The notes beneath the pieces were generated by a model that did not search any database, had not been told where the DNA came from, and saw nothing but the letters and a program-made list of their open reading frames with translations. A stretch of DNA of 64,000 nucleotides from Histomonas meleagridis 2922-C6/04-290x (lineage: Eukaryota; Protista; Parabasalia), in contig JAANOX010000224.1 in NCBI GenBank assembly GCA_020184695.1, positions 62,001-126,000 on the forward strand, written 5' to 3'. Position numbers and translations under genes: made by a program. Positions 1 to 11,634 of the stretch are shown here, in pieces. Each line of letters opens with the position of its first letter. The stretch's first letter is position 1.

Positions 1-1184
1 TGATGTTAATGCAAAAATTATTCATTTGAATAATTTAAAATATGTTTTAATAATTTTGGATATGTTTTAATAATTTGAAATATGTTTTAATAATTTGTAA
101 TACATTTTAATAATTTGAAATTTGTTTTAATAATTTTATATATATTTTAATAATTTGGAATATTTTTTAATAATTTAGAATATGTTTTAATAATTTGATA
201 TATGTTTTAATAATTTTATATATGTTTTAATAATCTTATATATGTTTTAATAATTTGGAATATGTTTTAATATTTTTGGATATGTTTTAATGATTTGTAA
301 TATGTTTTAATAATTTGGAATATGTTTTAATATTTTTGGATATGTTTTAATAATTTAAAATATGTTTTAATAATTTAAAATATGTTTTAATATTTTTATA
401 TGTGTTTTAATAATTTAAAATATGTTTTAATAATTTAGAATATGTTTTAATAATTTGAAATATGTTTTAATAATTTGAAACAGCACTTCATATAGCAGTT
501 AGAAATAATAATATAGGAATAGTAAAATTACTTTTAGATAAAGGAATTGATGTTAATGCAAAACTATTCATTTGAATAATTTTGGATATGTTATAATAAT
601 TTTATATATGTTTTAATAATTTGAAACAGCACTTCATATAGCAGTTAAAAATAATAATATAGAAATAGTAAAATTACTTTTAGATAAAGAAGGAATTGAT
701 GTTAATACAAAAGATATTCATTTGAATAATTTGAAATATATTTTAATTATTTTGGATATGTTTTAATAATTTTATATATGTTTTAATAATTTGAAACAGC
801 ACTTCATATAGCAGTTAAAAATAATAATATAGAAATAGTAAAATTACTTTTAGAACAAAAAGGAATTGATGTTAATGCAAAAGATATTCATTTGAATAAT
901 TTGGAATATGTTATAATAATTTTATATATGTTTTAATAATTTGAAACAGCACTTCATATAGCAGTTAAAAATAATAATATAGAAATAGTAAAATTACTTT
1001 TAGATAAAGAAGGAATTGATGTTAATACAAAAGATATTCATTTGAATAATTTGAAATATATTTTAATTATTTTGGATATGTTTTAATAATTTGGAATACG
1101 TTTTAATAATATTTTACTGCGACTCAAATTGCACATCAAACAGGTTACACAGAAATAGGAAATTTACTTCATGAAAAAAAATAA
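1..1184 (+). CDS. 3' part of an interrupted ankyrin-repeat gene: four TALHIAV(K/R)NNNI(E/G)IVKLLL..GIDVN cassettes (Thr codons at 480, 626, 796, 946) plus terminal repeat TATQIAHQTGYTEIGNLLHEKK* (1116-1184); hairpin codons dispersed in 20-nt units; 5' end outside window
   Basis: Manual translation. Cassettes are stop-free ankyrin consensus, separated by 59-460 nt stop-containing blocks with 20-nt periodicity. Missed by the ORF track. Confidence 0.8.
20..479 (+). repeat. 20-nt tandem array, 23 units, consensus ATATGTTTTAATAATTT-NNN (17-nt insert + variable triplet)
   Basis: Direct inspection: exact 20-nt period from 20 to 479. Variable triplets at 37, 57, ... 477. Confidence 0.95.
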
Positions 1185-1812
1185 AAATATAAAATTAAAA
1201 ATAAAGTACAAACAAAAATTTTAATTCAGATTCCTCTTCTACATAAAATCTTCATTCTCAATAAGAAATGGAAATAAAGCACATATTGCTAATAACATTA
1301 AAATCAACTTGAAGATCAAATGTTCGCAAGAAACACTAGAAAGAAAAGTAAAACAAAAGTTGATATAAACATACAAACAACCATATTTCCAGAGCATAGC
1401 GGTCTTCGGAATTTGAAAAAAAAGAATATCACATTAAGGGTCTACTCAAATCGTAAAATTATGTACGTTAATTTTTCTGAGGTTTACTTGAAAAAATCTA
1501 AGATTAAAAAAATCATAGAGAATTTGTACGAAAATGCCTCCTCTCAAATTGAGGAATCTTTATGCCAAGAACTTGACAAGAGTCAGCTTTGATAGAATCC
1601 AAATTTTGGAATTATCAGGTTGTCATTAAAATTAATATCCCATGTTCTAACCATTCCGTACCATTGACCTGAGTGTTTTTATGGGAACAAGTTTCGAGAA
1701 TCCTAGGATATTATGTTGCTGAGGTTTAAACACCCCATCTCAGTAAGGAGAGTACGTTAAAAATGTTTGAGAGAGTGTGTTCAGAATTACTGGAAGGAAA
1801 AAATCAAAAAAT

Positions 1813-1884
1813 TGGAAATATGGGGGATTGAACCCCAGGCCTCCACTATGCTAAAGTGGCGCTCTCCCACTGAGCTATACTCCC
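1813..1884 (-). tRNA. tRNA-Ala (anticodon AGC)
   Basis: Reverse complement folds as a cloverleaf: GGGAGTA/TATTTCC acceptor stem with the G3:U70 alanine determinant, D arm GCTC/GAGC, anticodon arm CCACT-TTAGCAT-AGTGG, T loop TTCAATC. Followed by oligo-T (Pol III terminator-like). Confidence 0.96.
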
Positions 1885-1972
1885 TTACATATATTTCATA
1901 ATTATAATATATTTAGTGATAATTTTTAGTCATCCTAAAGTCGAACAAACCTTGAAGAATCGAGAATTAAAA

Positions 1973-4900
1973 ATGTTTTCAGACTTAATTGAGTTAATCA
2001 CTAATGAAATCACATTGTCTGAAGAACATCAAAAAAAATTCGATTTAATTAAAGCCACTCCAGATTTATCATATTTTACTAAAAATATTCCAAAAGATAC
2101 AGAAAATTCAAATGATAATGAACAAATTGAAAAACTGAATAAAGCATCATTATTACGATTAATTCGAGTCATAAGCTTAACAGCACAAAATAAAGAACAT
2201 TATCACTATCAAATTTGTAAATCATTTCTTGATTCAATGGATTCCAAAAATTCATTAAAAACACTTGTTGCCCAACTCAAGGATTTTCCTTACGTTGTTT
2301 TTCCAGAAACATTAATTGCTTTACATTCATATGATCTTGCCGCCAAAAAAAATCCTCAATATATTACAGATCTTATTAAGTTCACAATAACCACAGACAA
2401 AAAATATCTTAATCCATTACTTTACTTTGCAATTCTTCAATTGATACAATTAAATAAAGTATGGGATAATCCTGATATTTCACCAACTCAACTTCCAGAA
2501 AGTGCAGTCAATTTAATTACAGATAAATGCAAAGATATGTCACCTATTCTTTTTGCACAATACATTGACATGAATGGCTCAGTAATGGTAACCAAACTTC
2601 TTAAGAACTTTGATGTTTTTGATATTCTTCTAAACGCGTGGATTATGCCATCAGCGAAATTACTTGATCATGAAGTCTTACTTCAATGTATTCAAGAAGT
2701 GTTTTATTTTCTTGGGTCATTTCTTCGACTTTTTCAGAAGTCTCTATCGGCAACCGTCACAAATAAACGTATTCTCCCACTTTTATCAAAAGTAGTTGAA
2801 TATATACCAGAAAATTATAAAGTAATCTCTGATGTATTTGATCCATTTTCAAATCCACATCTTACTAGTGGGGAATATTTTCCCGTATTAATAACATTTG
2901 CTTCATATGCCTCAAATACATATGAATCATCATCACGAATTTATGAATATCTTTCAACACATCCTGATTCATTTACCAAATTCTTTTCATTACTTAATGA
3001 AAGTCATTCGCAAATTATTTCCACTAATATTCCATCGACTGCAACTGATCCAATTCGTTTAACAAAGAATTTTTGCAAACATTTACCATATAAAAGTTTA
3101 CAACAATTTATATTAAGTTTTAAGCGAAGTAATGATGAAGATCCTATTAATTCATTTTCTTCATTTTTATTTGATTTCTTACCAGCTAAACAACATAATC
3201 TTGGTGGATATGCATCCAAATGTTTATATTATATTACTACATATTATCCACAACAAATGTCAACATTTTTTTCTGATCAAAGTAATTTCTCTAAGTTTTC
3301 TAACTATATGAATAATGATAATATAATAGCTTCATCATTATCTAAGATCGCTCGAGTATTTTTATCATTTTATTTCTCATATAATTCAACGTTTATAAAG
3401 ATTCCATCATTTGTAAGTTTTATAGCACAAGATTATTTCATTGACGCTATATATGCACGTTATTCAAGGAGGTCATATCGTTGGAAATTATTATCACAAC
3501 TTATAGAAACTTCATATGATTATTGTTATTGTGATAATACATTTTGTTCCATTATTCAAAACAATCAAAGTTTCGTAAGGAATCTTTCATCAATAATTCA
3601 ACATACTTCAACGATATTAAATATCTCTACAAAAGATATTGCTGAATCTGAAGAAATTAGAATTGATGGTGATAATCTTAATTATGTTATCCAATTTGAT
3701 TGTACTGCATTATCATTTATGCTTCATTTAATTACATATAATTTATTATATGAAAAAGAATTGTCTTATTTTTCAAAGTCATTTTTCCAAGATAATAATG
3801 AAGCTTCATCACTCTTCTCAACATTTGTATCATTCTTAGAAGTAAGTCATCCACTTGCATCAAATTTACGTATTTATTCTGTTAAAATGCTCGATGCTTT
3901 ATGTAGGATTGCGAATCAACTTAATGATATAAGTGTCGATGCATTTTATCCTCATAAAAGACAAGCAGTATTAATTGAATCCATAAAAACTAATTTATTT
4001 AAAGGTGATATAGATCAAACTATTAATGAACTTAATTTCATAGCTAATACACTTTCAACACAATTAACATTTGCTTATTCTTTTGTTAGACAAATTGGTT
4101 CATCATTTTTATCAATAGCTACTAAAAAACTTGTTGATATATCAAATGAAAGTCCTGAATTACTTCGATCTATTTCATATTTATTACTTCAAATGTTTTC
4201 ACAATTAAATCATAAATCTCAATCAATACAAAAGATATTATCGAATACTAATTTTTGGAGTTCAATTTCAACTATTTTAGAAAAAGATACAAATAATTAT
4301 AATACAATTGCATCTAAAGCTTATTTCATTCAATGTTTTATCTTATTTAAAGAAGAAATTTCCGAGAAAACAGTTAATAATTTATTCCATCAATTTAATG
4401 AATATATGCCTAAGCCAACTGAACCAATTAAAGTCGGTTTTGAAATTGATATGAACAAATTTATAAAAATCGACTTCAATAATGAATATGGAGAAGATTT
4501 TTATATTGATTGTGATTTAGTTCAACGTTATTCACCTGAAGATCAAAACTTAATTGAGAAAGTAAAGAAGATGAACATTGATTTATCTATAATTGATTCA
4601 TGTACACAACTTTTATCATCATTAGTCTTATTAATCAAATCTAATCCTGATAAAATATCATATATACCATCAATTGAAGAATCACTTGCATATATATTAC
4701 CAGTATTAGTTAATGATTTAGTACCTGATTCTACGTCTAAAGTTGCATTTGAATTAATCGAGTTATCCATATCTAAAAAAGCTTCAACTATACAATTATC
4801 ACGTTCTGTTCTTAAAGATATTCAATCATTTATTACAAAAAGACCTTTAGATTATAGTCTTTATGTCCTTAGTAAAATGTTTTCATTATTTGATTATCAA

Positions 4901-5983
4901 GACAATAGTTTAGATGAAAAGTTTTGTTATATATTAGAATCGTCATTAAATATTTCATTAAATCAAAAGTCAAGAAACGCTTTAATGTTAGCATCTGAAA
5001 TCGCATTTAAACTTAATAATAGTGAAAACTGGATAAAGAATTCATCGAATACAATAAATGCTTTTGTTAAATTATTCCCTACTGAATTAGGGAATGATGT
5101 ATTACAATTCTTAACAATTGTTTGTTGGAATTCATCGAATTCTTATTATCTTGAAAACATTGGATTCTTTGATATGTTTCGTACATTACCATGTGATGAT
5201 AATTATAATTCTGAGTTATGGTCAACGATTTTTGTATTTATGAGTTCTTTACCCGTTACGTCACATGTTCCATTTGATTTCATTGCGACTCATTTCCAAC
5301 AAATTTCATTATTCTTAAGTGATGAAACACCTTTAGATGTAATTGATAAAATGCAACGTTATAAAGTCCAATGGCGAATTACACAATTACTTGTTCGAAT
5401 TGCACCAAATATTGAACAATTTTCGATGCAAGATCCAGCAATATTTAATGCAATTATTGAACATGTTAAAATTAAAATAAGAAATTGTTTGTTGTTCTTA
5501 AAGGAATCTCATTTATCTTTAAGGAAAATTAATATGATCAATCTAAAACATAATGAGAAATCATTAAATTTGTTCATTTTACATAATTGTTTGGAATTCG
5601 AAAATAAATTATTCAATTTCGTCGAAGTTAATAATGATTTCCCAGCACTCGAAATTATGGAAAAAATTGCTGATACTTTACAATCAATGTTAAACGTGGA
5701 ATCAAAAGAAGTTTCTTATATAATAATACAAACTTTTGAATTCGCTTTAAGAATTTATATCGAAACGTTGTTGAAAAATATTAAAGAAGAAAATGTTACA
5801 AGAGAACAACTAAGAAAAGGTAAAGACGCATTTTCATCTTCAATTTGTAATGTGCTGAAGCAAATTAAGAAGTTGGAATTGAAGGAATTGTTCGAGAAAA
5901 GAAAATTCGGTTATGGAATCGAAAGATGTGAAAAGTTCTTGGAAACAATGAACCAATTCCTGCAAAGACTATTCGATAGCTAA
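1973..5983 (+). CDS. Large (~1336 aa) alpha-helical/solenoid-like hypothetical protein
   Basis: Long uninterrupted ORF. The track start at 1916 is GTG; first ATG at 1973. Leu/Ile/Ser-rich helical pattern, no motif recognised (a scaffold nucleoporin-like fold is only a guess). Confidence 0.75.
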   Translation: MFSDLIELITNEITLSEEHQKKFDLIKATPDLSYFTKNIPKDTENSNDNEQIEKLNKASLLRLIRVISLTAQNKEHYHYQICKSFLDSMDSKNSLKTLVAQLKDFPYVVFPETLIALHSYDLAAKKNPQYITDLIKFTITTDKKYLNPLLYFAILQLIQLNKVWDNPDISPTQLPESAVNLITDKCKDMSPILFAQYIDMNGSVMVTKLLKNFDVFDILLNAWIMPSAKLLDHEVLLQCIQEVFYFLGSFLRLFQKSLSATVTNKRILPLLSKVVEYIPENYKVISDVFDPFSNPHLTSGEYFPVLITFASYASNTYESSSRIYEYLSTHPDSFTKFFSLLNESHSQIISTNIPSTATDPIRLTKNFCKHLPYKSLQQFILSFKRSNDEDPINSFSSFLFDFLPAKQHNLGGYASKCLYYITTYYPQQMSTFFSDQSNFSKFSNYMNNDNIIASSLSKIARVFLSFYFSYNSTFIKIPSFVSFIAQDYFIDAIYARYSRRSYRWKLLSQLIETSYDYCYCDNTFCSIIQNNQSFVRNLSSIIQHTSTILNISTKDIAESEEIRIDGDNLNYVIQFDCTALSFMLHLITYNLLYEKELSYFSKSFFQDNNEASSLFSTFVSFLEVSHPLASNLRIYSVKMLDALCRIANQLNDISVDAFYPHKRQAVLIESIKTNLFKGDIDQTINELNFIANTLSTQLTFAYSFVRQIGSSFLSIATKKLVDISNESPELLRSISYLLLQMFSQLNHKSQSIQKILSNTNFWSSISTILEKDTNNYNTIASKAYFIQCFILFKEEISEKTVNNLFHQFNEYMPKPTEPIKVGFEIDMNKFIKIDFNNEYGEDFYIDCDLVQRYSPEDQNLIEKVKKMNIDLSIIDSCTQLLSSLVLLIKSNPDKISYIPSIEESLAYILPVLVNDLVPDSTSKVAFELIELSISKKASTIQLSRSVLKDIQSFITKRPLDYSLYVLSKMFSLFDYQDNSLDEKFCYILESSLNISLNQKSRNALMLASEIAFKLNNSENWIKNSSNTINAFVKLFPTELGNDVLQFLTIVCWNSSNSYYLENIGFFDMFRTLPCDDNYNSELWSTIFVFMSSLPVTSHVPFDFIATHFQQISLFLSDETPLDVIDKMQRYKVQWRITQLLVRIAPNIEQFSMQDPAIFNAIIEHVKIKIRNCLLFLKESHLSLRKINMINLKHNEKSLNLFILHNCLEFENKLFNFVEVNNDFPALEIMEKIADTLQSMLNVESKEVSYIIIQTFEFALRIYIETLLKNIKEENVTREQLRKGKDAFSSSICNVLKQIKKLELKELFEKRKFGYGIERCEKFLETMNQFLQRLFDS

Positions 5984-6657
5984 ATAATATAATAATAAAA
6001 ATTAAATAATAACATAAGTTTTTAATTACTTAAAATCATTAAATTCGATATATAAACTATTAAATATTTGTAATCCAATAAAATGAATCAAGATCTAATA
6101 AATATTATATACATGCAATATTTCATTAAAGTATATAATTGTATATGTTTATGATATATATGATTTTAAAATCATTCATAAAATGTTGATTAAATAGTTG
6201 GATTAACAGCATTGTCAATAATTTTTGAAGTTTTTCGACAGCATTATTTAGAGTTATTTTCATAATTTCATATGGATTTTGTCCTTTTTTACTTTATTTT
6301 TTAGAAAGTTATTCATGACTTTCACAAACATTTTTTATTAATTTATATCGTAGAGAATATAGCTTCATGTTTTCTTTTACTGTTTTATAATGTGCAAAGT
6401 ATACAAAGAAATAATTTTATGAGTAACACTTGAATCAATTAAATTGTCTTCAATCATTTCTCATACATACAATCGAATAACAAAAAATCAATAAATGTAT
6501 TAATGTTAGTAATAATCATTCTTATGCGAATTAAATGCGAAAAAAAATTTATTATAGATGAATTTCAACATGACGATGGTATTTTTCTGTGGAAAACAGT
6601 TGCCTGAGAAAACGACACTTTTGAACTATAAACAAACTTAGTCAAAAAAGTCAAAGG

Positions 6658-7923
6658 ATGGAAGCAGAAAAGCAACAAAGCATCCTTCCTTCCAAGGTCT
6701 TTCCATCAACTGATGAATTAAAAGAAATAAGGTGCTTCAGTGAAAATCCACGTGATATTTCGTGGACAAATCATAAAAAACATTTTTTCATTTTAACAGA
6801 TGCGTCACGACCAGTTTATTGTCGATATGGAAATGAAGTCAACATAACTCCACTTGTTTGTACAATAGTTGCTTTTGTTGGTCAACTCACTCGTGATGGA
6901 GGACAAAAAATTCAAAAGATTGTTGCAGGAGATAGAATGTTTATATTTTATCTTCCACTTCCTTTCATATTTGCGTGTGTATCCTCAGTTCAACTTCCCG
7001 ATTCACTTATTATTAAAGAACTTCAAGTTCTAGAACTAGAAATATTTTCAATCTTAACTCCAGAAATTTCAACACGTCTTAAGCGTCGTCCTAATTTTGA
7101 CATCAAACGTCAAACCCAGAATTCCGAGCGTTTTTTCACATCTGCATTATATGCGATGGATAATTTTTTCACTTTTATTTTTCATGATTGTATTCCAATG
7201 GCACCCATATCTAACAAACGGAAGTCCTTCTCCAAGATAGTTAAATCCAAGCGCCCTAACTGTGTCTCGGCTGCCGTCATCTTCTATCAAGGTGATGTTT
7301 TCTTCACCATTGAAACCGCCGCGTTTCACCTCACAACCGATGACATCAGAATTCTGTCGACGAACGTTTATCCGCCAGCGTCCTATGAGAACTGCTGGAC
7401 GCCAATATGGCTTCCATCACATACGCAAATGTTCCATATCCTTACGTATGGTGTGAATGAGTATTCCCTCCAAATTATCCTTATTTCCGAAGATATTGAA
7501 GCACAATATGAATGCATTCAAATGGCCGAAGGAATTACTTCGGAATTTATAAAACAAAAGCTGAAGTTAAACCCAATTCCACCTTTTAAAGATGAAACAG
7601 TGTTAAGTTGGGCCGTAGCTAGCATGCACTTAAAACAAGTTTGTTCTCCATTTATGCAAATTTCAGAACTCTCCGAAGCAATTTATAAAAACTACGCTTG
7701 GACATATGAATATTTGAAGGGTGTTGGAATTAATGGAGAGTTTTATCTCGCAAATGAGGAAATAACTGTGTTCGGTGTACATAGTAACGAAGAAACGATA
7801 ATTGCGGCCGCACCACCAGGAACAACAGCAGCAAAAGCTCAGGAATTAATCAAAATGTTGAGGGATTATGTGGAGGAAAATAGAGGAACAATGTTCGATT
7901 TGAACCCCCTCAAATGGGATTAG
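6658..7923 (+). CDS. MON1: Mon1/SAND family vacuolar trafficking protein (Rab7 GEF subunit)
   Basis: KHFFILTDASRPVYCRYG matches the Mon1 N-terminal longin motif (KHxFILSxAGKPIYSRYG). Also LxxRPNFD. 421 aa. Confidence 0.85.
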   Translation: MEAEKQQSILPSKVFPSTDELKEIRCFSENPRDISWTNHKKHFFILTDASRPVYCRYGNEVNITPLVCTIVAFVGQLTRDGGQKIQKIVAGDRMFIFYLPLPFIFACVSSVQLPDSLIIKELQVLELEIFSILTPEISTRLKRRPNFDIKRQTQNSERFFTSALYAMDNFFTFIFHDCIPMAPISNKRKSFSKIVKSKRPNCVSAAVIFYQGDVFFTIETAAFHLTTDDIRILSTNVYPPASYENCWTPIWLPSHTQMFHILTYGVNEYSLQIILISEDIEAQYECIQMAEGITSEFIKQKLKLNPIPPFKDETVLSWAVASMHLKQVCSPFMQISELSEAIYKNYAWTYEYLKGVGINGEFYLANEEITVFGVHSNEETIIAAAPPGTTAAKAQELIKMLRDYVEENRGTMFDLNPLKWD

Positions 7924-8501
7924 AAATGTTAAAATGATTTTGTAATTGCTTTTTAAATGTTTATGAAATGTCTGGAATCAAATTAATGAAATGAAATAAC
8001 TGATATTGCTGTGATCTAAAAATAAGTTATTTCGAAGGCTTTTCTCAAAACATTATATCATTCATCAAAAAAGTGATTTACAATATAAAAGTTATAATAA
8101 AAAAATACAAAGCGATAAAAAACAACTTCAAGAAACAAATGCAAATTCAATTTCCTTTTATCAAATTTATTGTGAATACGCAAGATATTAAATATCGTGA
8201 AAATGACTTTTTCACAGATAAAATGTAATGGAGCATTTCCATTTTTATTCAATTCTATGGCACAATATAATTTTTTATCCATCCTTTACCCAAAATAAGG
8301 TATATCTTTGTGATCTAAACTATAATTACCTATTTATTTTTGAATATTGGGTAACTAAAAAAAATCGGCAGTATCGGTTTCACTTTTTGAACGTGATTCT
8401 ATCAAAACCGATCGAAAAGTGCTACTAATTTTTACAACCAGTTTAATATTTTTTTAAAAGACTTTAATTTGCTTATTGTTATATTTTTATGCAAATACGT
8501 T

Positions 8502-9161
8502 TCATTTTTTCTTTCGAGAAAAAAGACTAAATTTAGATTTCTTCTTCGGTTTCGTTGGTTCCTTATTGTCACGTGGGACTTTTGTATTAAGGAATACAAC
8601 AGTTTTTTCATTACCATTTGTAGACGCAATGGAAATAGGAGTTCTTCCATTTGCGTCTTTTGCATGTATATCAGCACCACAATCTTCAACAAGATATCGA
8701 ACTACATTGGTATTCCAACAGCAACACGCATTATGGAGAGGGGTACGGGAATCGGCGCCTAAAATTTCAATGTCAACATGTCTTTCTTCAATAAGATACT
8801 GAATAATTTCCATTTTGCCTTCCTTACATGCAATGTTTAACGGAGTATCACCTGCGTTATTCGGTAATGTTGGTTCAATTTCCTGCTGTTCGACAAGATA
8901 TTTCATTACATTAATAGAATTATTCCGAGCAGCAACATGTAAAAGTGAATCTCCTTTGGAAATATGATTCATTGGGTATGGCTTCGAGGATGTAATACGG
9001 GAATTTATTCCTTCATCTTCAATATAATATGTAAGTAATTTAAGATCATCTTTTGCAGCTGCATTGAAAACATCACGTTCAGGTTCGGTAGATCTATACG
9101 GTGGCAAAGTTGCTGGTGGTGGAGGAGGGGGCGTCGGAACAGAGGGATCGCTTGGCTGCAT
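8502..9161 (-). CDS. Conventional uninterrupted ankyrin-repeat protein (219 aa) with Pro-rich N-terminus
   Basis: GDSLLHVAA, NNAGDTPLNIAC, DSRTPLHNAC, DANGRTPISIA. Hairpins are encoded contiguously. Confidence 0.9.
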   Translation of the reverse strand: MQPSDPSVPTPPPPPPATLPPYRSTEPERDVFNAAAKDDLKLLTYYIEDEGINSRITSSKPYPMNHISKGDSLLHVAARNNSINVMKYLVEQQEIEPTLPNNAGDTPLNIACKEGKMEIIQYLIEERHVDIEILGADSRTPLHNACCCWNTNVVRYLVEDCGADIHAKDANGRTPISIASTNGNEKTVVFLNTKVPRDNKEPTKPKKKSKFSLFSRKKK

Positions 9162-9479
9162 TTGGCGGTGAAAATTTGTATATCAATTTTGAATGTGCGA
9201 TAGAATTTCAAGTCGCTCAATTTGGCGGTTATGGAACCACATCTGATAATTGAGGAGACTGTCAAAAATTGAATTTGGCACTTGCTTCAAACGCCAATTT
9301 CAAACAAGCAATAATTGGCTTTTGATCATTCATTGGAAACATGAAGCCTAGAGGTTGTTCAAGATTTGTAAAATATATCAAAAAATGAGTCAAAAAATTA
9401 TTGAATCTTTTTATTAAGCTCTATTGAATAATTTAAGAGCTGCAGTCAAAATGCATATTTGAAGGATTTTTAATGAAGT

Positions 9480-10030
9480 TTATTTTAATAATTTGAAATT
9501 TGTTTCGATGATTTCGTTTTTGTTTTCTTGTTTTATTGTCATAAATTTTTTTTTAATGATTTAGAACAGAACTTCAATTAAAAATGATATCAAAATTACT
9601 TTTAAATCAAAAAGGAATTAATGTTAATTCAACTTATATATTCATTTATATGATTCGAAGTTTATTTAAATATTAAAATTTTGGTTTAACCAATTTAAAT
9701 TTTGTTTTAATAATTTGAAATTTGTTTTGGTGATTTGATATTTGTTCAAATAATTTTATGTCGATTTTAGTAATTTATAATTTGCTGTAATAATTTGTAC
9801 AAATAATAAGTTTTAACTTTTTGAAATATATTTAAATAATTTTCACTTTGTTTTAATGATTTTTTGAAGTTATCCATTTTATTGATTTTATATATATTTT
9901 CATTATTCGAAATTTGTTTTTATGTTTTATAATTTGTTTTAAGAATTTGACATTTGATTCGTTTTCATGATTTAAAGTTTCTTTAAATAATTTGATATTT
10001 TATATTTTAAAATTGAAATATCAAAATTTC
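9480..10030 (+). pseudogene. Orphan degenerate ankyrin cassette (TELQLKMISKLLLNQKGINVNST, Thr codon at 9566) embedded in decayed 20-nt units
   Basis: TTT-AGA-ACA cassette entry and KLLLNQKGINVN motif. Six consecutive 20-nt-period units with TTT-NNN at 9697-9799. Confidence 0.55.
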
Positions 10031-10269
10031 ATTTGAATATTATATAAACAATTTCTCAATCAATTTGATTTAACAAATTCCACAAAAATCATTGAAACAG
10101 CACCAAAATATTCATTAAATACAGAACATATGTCTTATTAAAATGATATATATCTTTTCTATTGTTAAATGTATATATTAAATTCATTTTCGACAAATAT
10201 AATGAATGAATTAAACATTTCCATCAACACACATGCTTAAAATTAGAAGTTATACACAAAAAGAGTTAT

Positions 10270-11634
10270 TTAACTGATATCTAAGCTTACCATAATATGA
10301 CTCATAAAAACGGATATTTCGTCAGCGATTTCATTTCTTTCTTGTGTTGTTTCCTCAATACATTTTATGAAATTTGTTTGATTCAAACATTCCAAAACGA
10401 AATCAGTTTTCTCATATTTGACAGCACAATCTATACCACATGAAATACATTTTATAAAAAGCAAAACAAAGTCATTATTCAAATTCGGTATTATATCCAA
10501 AATTACACTAATAATCATAGGATTACCCAAAATAAACTCAATTATATTTATATCATCGACATGTAAAAACTCCAACAAACAAAAAATAGTTTGAAGTTTA
10601 ACAGAAAAAACAGAACTCTCTAAAATATTAACCAAAACATCAAATACATTTAAATCTAAAAAAATTTTAACAACTTCTTTCTTATCACTAATGAAATTTG
10701 ATATAACTTTTAGCGTTTGAATAATAATTTCATTGTTTGGAAACATTAAAAATTGTAAAAGAATCGGAAAATTGAAATTTTCTTGAAGAAAATGTATAAA
10801 AATTTCATCGCGTGATGTTAAAATTAATAAAATATTAAACATTTCGAATAACTTCGGGTTATCAGAATTAAATAAATTGTTGATTAAATTAACAAAAGAA
10901 GAATTAAAATGATTTCGAAAAAATTGATAATAATTGGCTAATGAGTGAAATAGAATTGTGGTAACAAGTGATGAAATTGTCGGATCTGAAGTAAATTGTA
11001 AGGAACAAAGTATGGAAAATAATTGTGAAAAATCATTATCAGTAATTGAAAATGGATATTGAAGTAAACTGCAAAAAAATTGAAGAGAAAGCTGTGTCTT
11101 AGGAAAGTCTGTTGGAGAAAGAAAAGAAAAACAATATTTTTGAACATGTGTAAAGATGGTATGTGGATCTAAAGGTATATAATTCCGAAGAATAGTAAAA
11201 GCTGATGAAACAACATTGAAATCACTTGAGTTTAAAAGTGAAATAAACATTTTAAATGATCCATTTGTAAATGAAATTGTGGAAAAATATCGAAAACGAT
11301 TTTGAAGCTGAATGAATAGATTTAACAGTATGAAAAGCAATTCATCTGATGATTGATTTTCTAGTAATTCAAATAATGCTTGTGAATTTAAATCAAGAAT
11401 TTCATCCGAACAATTTACACAAGCACCAGACTCTAAAAGCTCGGTTAAGTCTTTAGCATCGCTTAAAATTTTTGGTAAATTATTTGAAAATATCAATTGT
11501 CTAAAATTTTCTAAATAAATATCAATATCGATTTCTTCAAAGCTACTGCTTTCACTTTCAACGTGCATATCATTCAGCAGCTGTACCCTTGTTTTACCTT
11601 TGGGCAACAATGTTTTGCTCTTTGGGTTTTCCAA
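10270..11634 (-). CDS. ARM/HEAT-repeat (importin-alpha-like) protein
   Basis: 454-codon ORF with ARM-like motifs (LKVISNFIS, SVFSVKLQTIFCL). The track start is TTG; first ATG at 11568. Confidence 0.65.
   Translation of the reverse strand: MENPKSKTLLPKGKTRVQLLNDMHVESESSSFEEIDIDIYLENFRQLIFSNNLPKILSDAKDLTELLESGACVNCSDEILDLNSQALFELLENQSSDELLFILLNLFIQLQNRFRYFSTISFTNGSFKMFISLLNSSDFNVVSSAFTILRNYIPLDPHTIFTHVQKYCFSFLSPTDFPKTQLSLQFFCSLLQYPFSITDNDFSQLFSILCSLQFTSDPTISSLVTTILFHSLANYYQFFRNHFNSSFVNLINNLFNSDNPKLFEMFNILLILTSRDEIFIHFLQENFNFPILLQFLMFPNNEIIIQTLKVISNFISDKKEVVKIFLDLNVFDVLVNILESSVFSVKLQTIFCLLEFLHVDDINIIEFILGNPMIISVILDIIPNLNNDFVLLFIKCISCGIDCAVKYEKTDFVLECLNQTNFIKCIEETTQERNEIADEISVFMSHIMVSLDIS

Noticed and set aside
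20-479. CRISPR array (also considered for the 170-nt array)
   Set aside because: Eukaryotic context, no cas genes, and no constant repeat alternating with unique 25-45-nt spacers.
1320-1592. 90-aa ORF between the ankyrin array and the tRNA
   Set aside because: No motif or Inr. Possibly a decayed gene, but it cannot be supported.
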